DNA of 64,000 nt. Source: Candidatus Heimdallarchaeota archaeon. Lineage in GTDB: Archaea > Asgardarchaeota > Heimdallarchaeia > Hodarchaeales > Hodarchaeaceae. The stretch is from contig RDOB01000007.1 in NCBI GenBank assembly GCA_011364965.1, positions 62,335 to 126,334 of the forward strand, given 5' to 3'. A program made the position numbers and the translations under genes. The notes under the pieces are model-generated. The model was not told where the DNA came from. It saw only the letters and a list, made by a program, of their open reading frames with translations, and searched no databases. Positions 60,782 to 64,000 of this stretch are shown here, one piece after another; the stretch's first letter is position 1, and each line of letters opens with the position of its first letter.

Positions 60782-61750
60782 ATGGCACTTATCAAAGGGG
60801 AAAAAAGTAAACCCCAGAAAAAAAGCTCGGCAGAAGAAGAAGATGAAGTCCTCGAATGCAAAAACTGCGGGTCAACAGACATAGTAGCAGATGAAAACCG
60901 GGGAGAACTGATCTGTGAAAAATGTGGATACGTCCTGGAAACACGCTTGATCGATGAAGGACCCGAATGGCGAGCATTCAACTCAGAAGAACGTGATAAA
61001 CGGAGCCGAGTCGGATCCCCCTCCACATTCTCAGTACACGACAAAGGGCTGTCCACAATCATAGGATACGAAAACCGAGACACATTCGGAAATAAATTGA
61101 CAGCATCCCGCCGCGCACAAATCTACCGCTTACGCAAATGGCAAATACGTACCCGCGTCCATTCTTCAATGGATCGTAACCTGGCATTCGCCATGAGCGA
61201 AATGGATCGGCTGGCATCCCAGCTGGGCATCCCCCGCAATGTAAAAGAAACAGCTGCTATCATCTACCGAAAGGCGATAGAAAAACGCTTGGTTCGAGGA
61301 CGATCGATAGAAGCCATGGTGGCAGCAACAATCTATGCATCAGCACGTGTACGCCGAGTACCCCGAACTCTGGACGAAATCGCCAAAGAATCCCGGATCA
61401 CAAAGAAAGAACTGGGCAGATGTTACCGACTCCTCCTACGAGAACTATACCTGAATATCCCCTTGGCATCCCCCATAGACTATCTAGTGCGCTTTGGGAC
61501 AGAACTCCGCCTTTCAGGAGTCTGTCAACGCAAAGCAGCCGATATACTGAAACGCGCCAAAGCGGCAGGACTAACAGCAGGCAAAGATCCAACGGGCCTC
61601 GCAGCCGCCGCCATCTATATCTCAGGCATCATCAACGGGGAACGACGGACGCAACGGGAGATAAGCGAGGTAGCTCATGTTACGGAGGTAACTGTCAGAA
61701 ACCGTTACAAGGAATTGGTCCGAAAACTGAGTATTGAGATCACTGTTTGA
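60782..61750 (+). CDS. tfb: Transcription initiation factor IIB
   Basis: CKNC/CEKC Zn ribbon, GPEWRAF B-reader, GRSIE and GKDPTG cyclin repeats, TEVTVRNRYKEL; GAGGAG SD at 60764-60769. Confidence 0.97.
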   Translation: MALIKGEKSKPQKKSSAEEEDEVLECKNCGSTDIVADENRGELICEKCGYVLETRLIDEGPEWRAFNSEERDKRSRVGSPSTFSVHDKGLSTIIGYENRDTFGNKLTASRRAQIYRLRKWQIRTRVHSSMDRNLAFAMSEMDRLASQLGIPRNVKETAAIIYRKAIEKRLVRGRSIEAMVAATIYASARVRRVPRTLDEIAKESRITKKELGRCYRLLLRELYLNIPLASPIDYLVRFGTELRLSGVCQRKAADILKRAKAAGLTAGKDPTGLAAAAIYISGIINGERRTQREISEVAHVTEVTVRNRYKELVRKLSIEITV

Positions 61751-61775
61751 ACAATCATTTGAGGAGAAGGGAGTA

Positions 61776-61822
61776 CACCCGTTTTAGGGTGCTTTACTTT
61801 TTCTTTTTTACTTTTCATTTTT
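61776..61822 (+). terminator. Putative tfb terminator
   Basis: CACCC-gtttta-GGGTG hairpin followed by a long T-rich tract. Confidence 0.5.
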
Positions 61823-61927
61823 CTAGCTAACATTCTTTTGCTTTAGTATACTCGCAATTCTTGGGTTATTATAAACTAATTCTTTATTAAATTTACAGGA
61901 TTGGTGTATTTGGTTATTTAAGGTTAA

Positions 61928-62335
61928 TTGATGATAAATATGGTCCCTGTAGAACCAGATGATTCAGAATTTGTAACAATAGTTTATTTTCATAAAAATT
62001 CTTCCATTAAAGATGGATTAATTATGAGAAATGAAGTTAAATTAAAGGAGTGGATTTTAGAAGAGAATATTTCTCAATATTTACAATTTAAGCCCGAATT
62101 TTTCATTAGTTTTCATAATTGGATTGATTCTACAAATTCATTTGAAAAAATTCACAATTTTTTATTAGAACAGGTTAATGCTTTAAAACAGATGGAAAAA
62201 TGGCGTAATCAAGGTGATCTTATTGTTACGCACATTGAAGAAAGACCTAGTATGATTTTCTTTGATGTATCTCCAAGGATCTTTAAGAAAGTCTTACATT
62301 CTAAAGGGATCGCTTTCTCTGTAAAAGAAGAATAA
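61928..62335 (+). CDS. Hypothetical protein
   Basis: 135-aa ORF, no recognisable motif. Confidence 0.5.
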   Translation: MMINMVPVEPDDSEFVTIVYFHKNSSIKDGLIMRNEVKLKEWILEENISQYLQFKPEFFISFHNWIDSTNSFEKIHNFLLEQVNALKQMEKWRNQGDLIVTHIEERPSMIFFDVSPRIFKKVLHSKGIAFSVKEE

Positions 62336-62400
62336 AGTATCCCGAGGTATTTTGAAATTATAAAAAAAGAAAAAAGGAAGGGAAAAAGAATTAATGACTT

Positions 62401-63981
62401 CTAGATTCGATTTTTTTTCTTCTGTAATTGCTGATGCTTTTGCAGAAGGAGTTTTAAATCAGAGCGTCGATAGAACACCTGCCTAGAAAATCCACCTTCT
62501 TTTGCAACATTTGATGGAGTTAGTTCAATATTTTGGGCTATACATTGATAAATTGCAGTGATTGCAACATCTGTTGTAATATCTTTTCGTTTATATGATT
62601 GTTTATGATTACGCTTTCCGAAATTCGCCAAAAATATCTCTTGAGCCTGCGTAAATGAATATTTTTCAGGCATTTTCCAGAATTTTGGTCGTTTTGACTT
62701 ACCGTTAGGTTTGACCTCGATAAACAAACGTAGTTTCTGGAGCGATCTGATTCGATCTTTGAATAATTTTGCTCCAGTCTCTGTAGATTTGTGATAAAGA
62801 GGTTGAATTAGTGGTTTTATCGATGGATGGTTATTAAGCTCAAGAGTTGATCGGATTTTATGATCGCTCATTATTGAGAGTAGTTGAATATTGACTTGAG
62901 TGGCAAGCTTGTTCGATTCTAGTCGTTCATTGGATACATTATTAACAATTTCACGTATTTTTCTTCGCTTCGACCAAAGACCTAAATAAAAATTGCTGAT
63001 AGAATCATCACAGATTTTCCTCAGGTCTTTATCAAACGATTGAATTCCTTCTGAGAGGAGTCTAAAACTCCAAACCTTGTCTCGCTTATGAAAATACAGC
63101 TCATTTGGATTTTTATAGTTTAACTGGTTACACAATTGTTGAACTAATTTCAGCTTTTCTGATGAAGACTGAAAATAATTTATTACATGATTTACTCCTG
63201 CATCATCTAATGCAAATGCTGCAAGAAACTGAACTTTGTAGTCTTTGAATTCCATTGGCAAATCTATGATAAATTGGATAAATTTAGGTGTACGTAAGTC
63301 ATCTAGTATCAATGTAGGAATTGCTCCTATTAAGGCATAACTAAGAGCTTTGGGATAGTTGACATTATTCCCTTTACCATAAGGTCTTCGAGAAAGCTTT
63401 TCCAATAATGCACGCATATAACATTGCGTTTTAGGTGGTAAATCAAATCGAAAGATTTCTTTTTTTGATCTTAGCTGAGTCCAGCGGAGATCAGGATAGG
63501 CTCGTCCTTTTTTATGCACATTTCCATCACCAGATATATGACAGAGTGCCCTCCAAGCAGAAATGTCCATTTGAAATGGGAACTGAATGTATTCCAGTTC
63601 ACCTGACATATTGAATCGTACAGCCTTCACTGATGCCTCAATCCCTGTAGGATCCAAGTTGACTGTCCGACACAATTTTTTCAATGTAGGGACACTGATA
63701 GATTGTCGAGGGTTGTCACGAATATTGCATACCGTGCTGTGGCTCAGTTTTAACCATCGTGCAAGTGCTGCGAGATTATGATGGTTGCGTAAGAACACTG
63801 AGATTTTGCTCCATGCATTCTGTCGTAAGACGACATACAGCAATGGAAACTCCCAAATGTGCACCGTATGGAATGGGTAGCCCATCTGGGGAAGCCAGTC
63901 TTTAGGAACTCCCTGAATTGCGCGTTCAGGCAAGGGTGGAAGCTCCTCATGTGTAAACATATTAGTATATGTTTTCGCCAT
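62401..63981 (-). CDS. HTH plus LAGLIDADG-like endonuclease-domain protein
   Basis: Cro-like HTH (LAALARWLKLSHSTV), ALCHISGDG and FLAAFALDDAG LAGLIDADG-like helices, C-terminal HTH (TPSNVAKEGGFSRQVFY). Confidence 0.6.
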   Translation of the reverse strand: MAKTYTNMFTHEELPPLPERAIQGVPKDWLPQMGYPFHTVHIWEFPLLYVVLRQNAWSKISVFLRNHHNLAALARWLKLSHSTVCNIRDNPRQSISVPTLKKLCRTVNLDPTGIEASVKAVRFNMSGELEYIQFPFQMDISAWRALCHISGDGNVHKKGRAYPDLRWTQLRSKKEIFRFDLPPKTQCYMRALLEKLSRRPYGKGNNVNYPKALSYALIGAIPTLILDDLRTPKFIQFIIDLPMEFKDYKVQFLAAFALDDAGVNHVINYFQSSSEKLKLVQQLCNQLNYKNPNELYFHKRDKVWSFRLLSEGIQSFDKDLRKICDDSISNFYLGLWSKRRKIREIVNNVSNERLESNKLATQVNIQLLSIMSDHKIRSTLELNNHPSIKPLIQPLYHKSTETGAKLFKDRIRSLQKLRLFIEVKPNGKSKRPKFWKMPEKYSFTQAQEIFLANFGKRNHKQSYKRKDITTDVAITAIYQCIAQNIELTPSNVAKEGGFSRQVFYRRSDLKLLLQKHQQLQKKKNRI

Positions 63982-64000
63982 TTTAAATACACCAAACTTT

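Noticed and set aside
62401-63981. Intein
   Set aside because: No Hint-domain N-terminal C/S block or C-terminal HN-C/S/T motif, and no flanking extein
1535-63995. Numerous short antisense or alternate-frame ORFs (for example 1535-1879, 7397-7714, 25604-26050, 41424-41822, 60589-61083, 61420-61737)
   Set aside because: They overlap well-supported genes and have shadow-ORF composition
1-64000. CRISPR array, rRNA, tRNA, IS element or integrase
   Set aside because: No regularly spaced repeats, long structured GC-rich RNA segments or transposase/integrase motifs were seen by eye; short RNAs could have been missed

Overview
Archaeal chromosomal window, almost certainly from an Asgard archaeon (Heimdallarchaeia-like; inferred from gene content, not from a search). 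It carries archaeal housekeeping genes (rps2, rpoN, radA-like, tfb) alongside eukaryotic-signature genes. Main blocks: (i) 0.2-10 kb, accessory and metabolic genes. (ii) 10.5-28.5 kb, a ubiquitin/small-GTPase/ESCRT supercluster: E2, RING, Arf-like GTPase, ubiquitin, E1, Yip1, Rab-like fusion, Vps23, Vps28, Vps22, two ESCRT-III, Vps4 and Vps25. It also holds an unannotated FYVE-like/PH-like/steadiness-box-like protein that may be a third ESCRT-I subunit. (iii) 32.7-40.2 kb, a contiguous pyrG-B-I-D-K-F-C-E operon. (iv) 41.0-44.3 kb, a second, non-canonical conjugation operon (JAB-RWD, E1, E2, E2). It has no ubiquitin-fold gene and is headed instead by an uncalled 33-aa peptide ORF; this is the best candidate for an undescribed system. 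(v) 46.1-49.6 kb, a bacterial-type hydrolase-FakA-FakB(DegV)-PlsY fatty-acid ester lipid module. (vi) 50-64 kb, surface proteins (one with a clan CD Cys-protease domain), tfb and a free-standing LAGLIDADG-like/HTH protein. Three decayed genes were found. No rRNA, tRNA or CRISPR array was recognised. All calls are from motif reading by eye.
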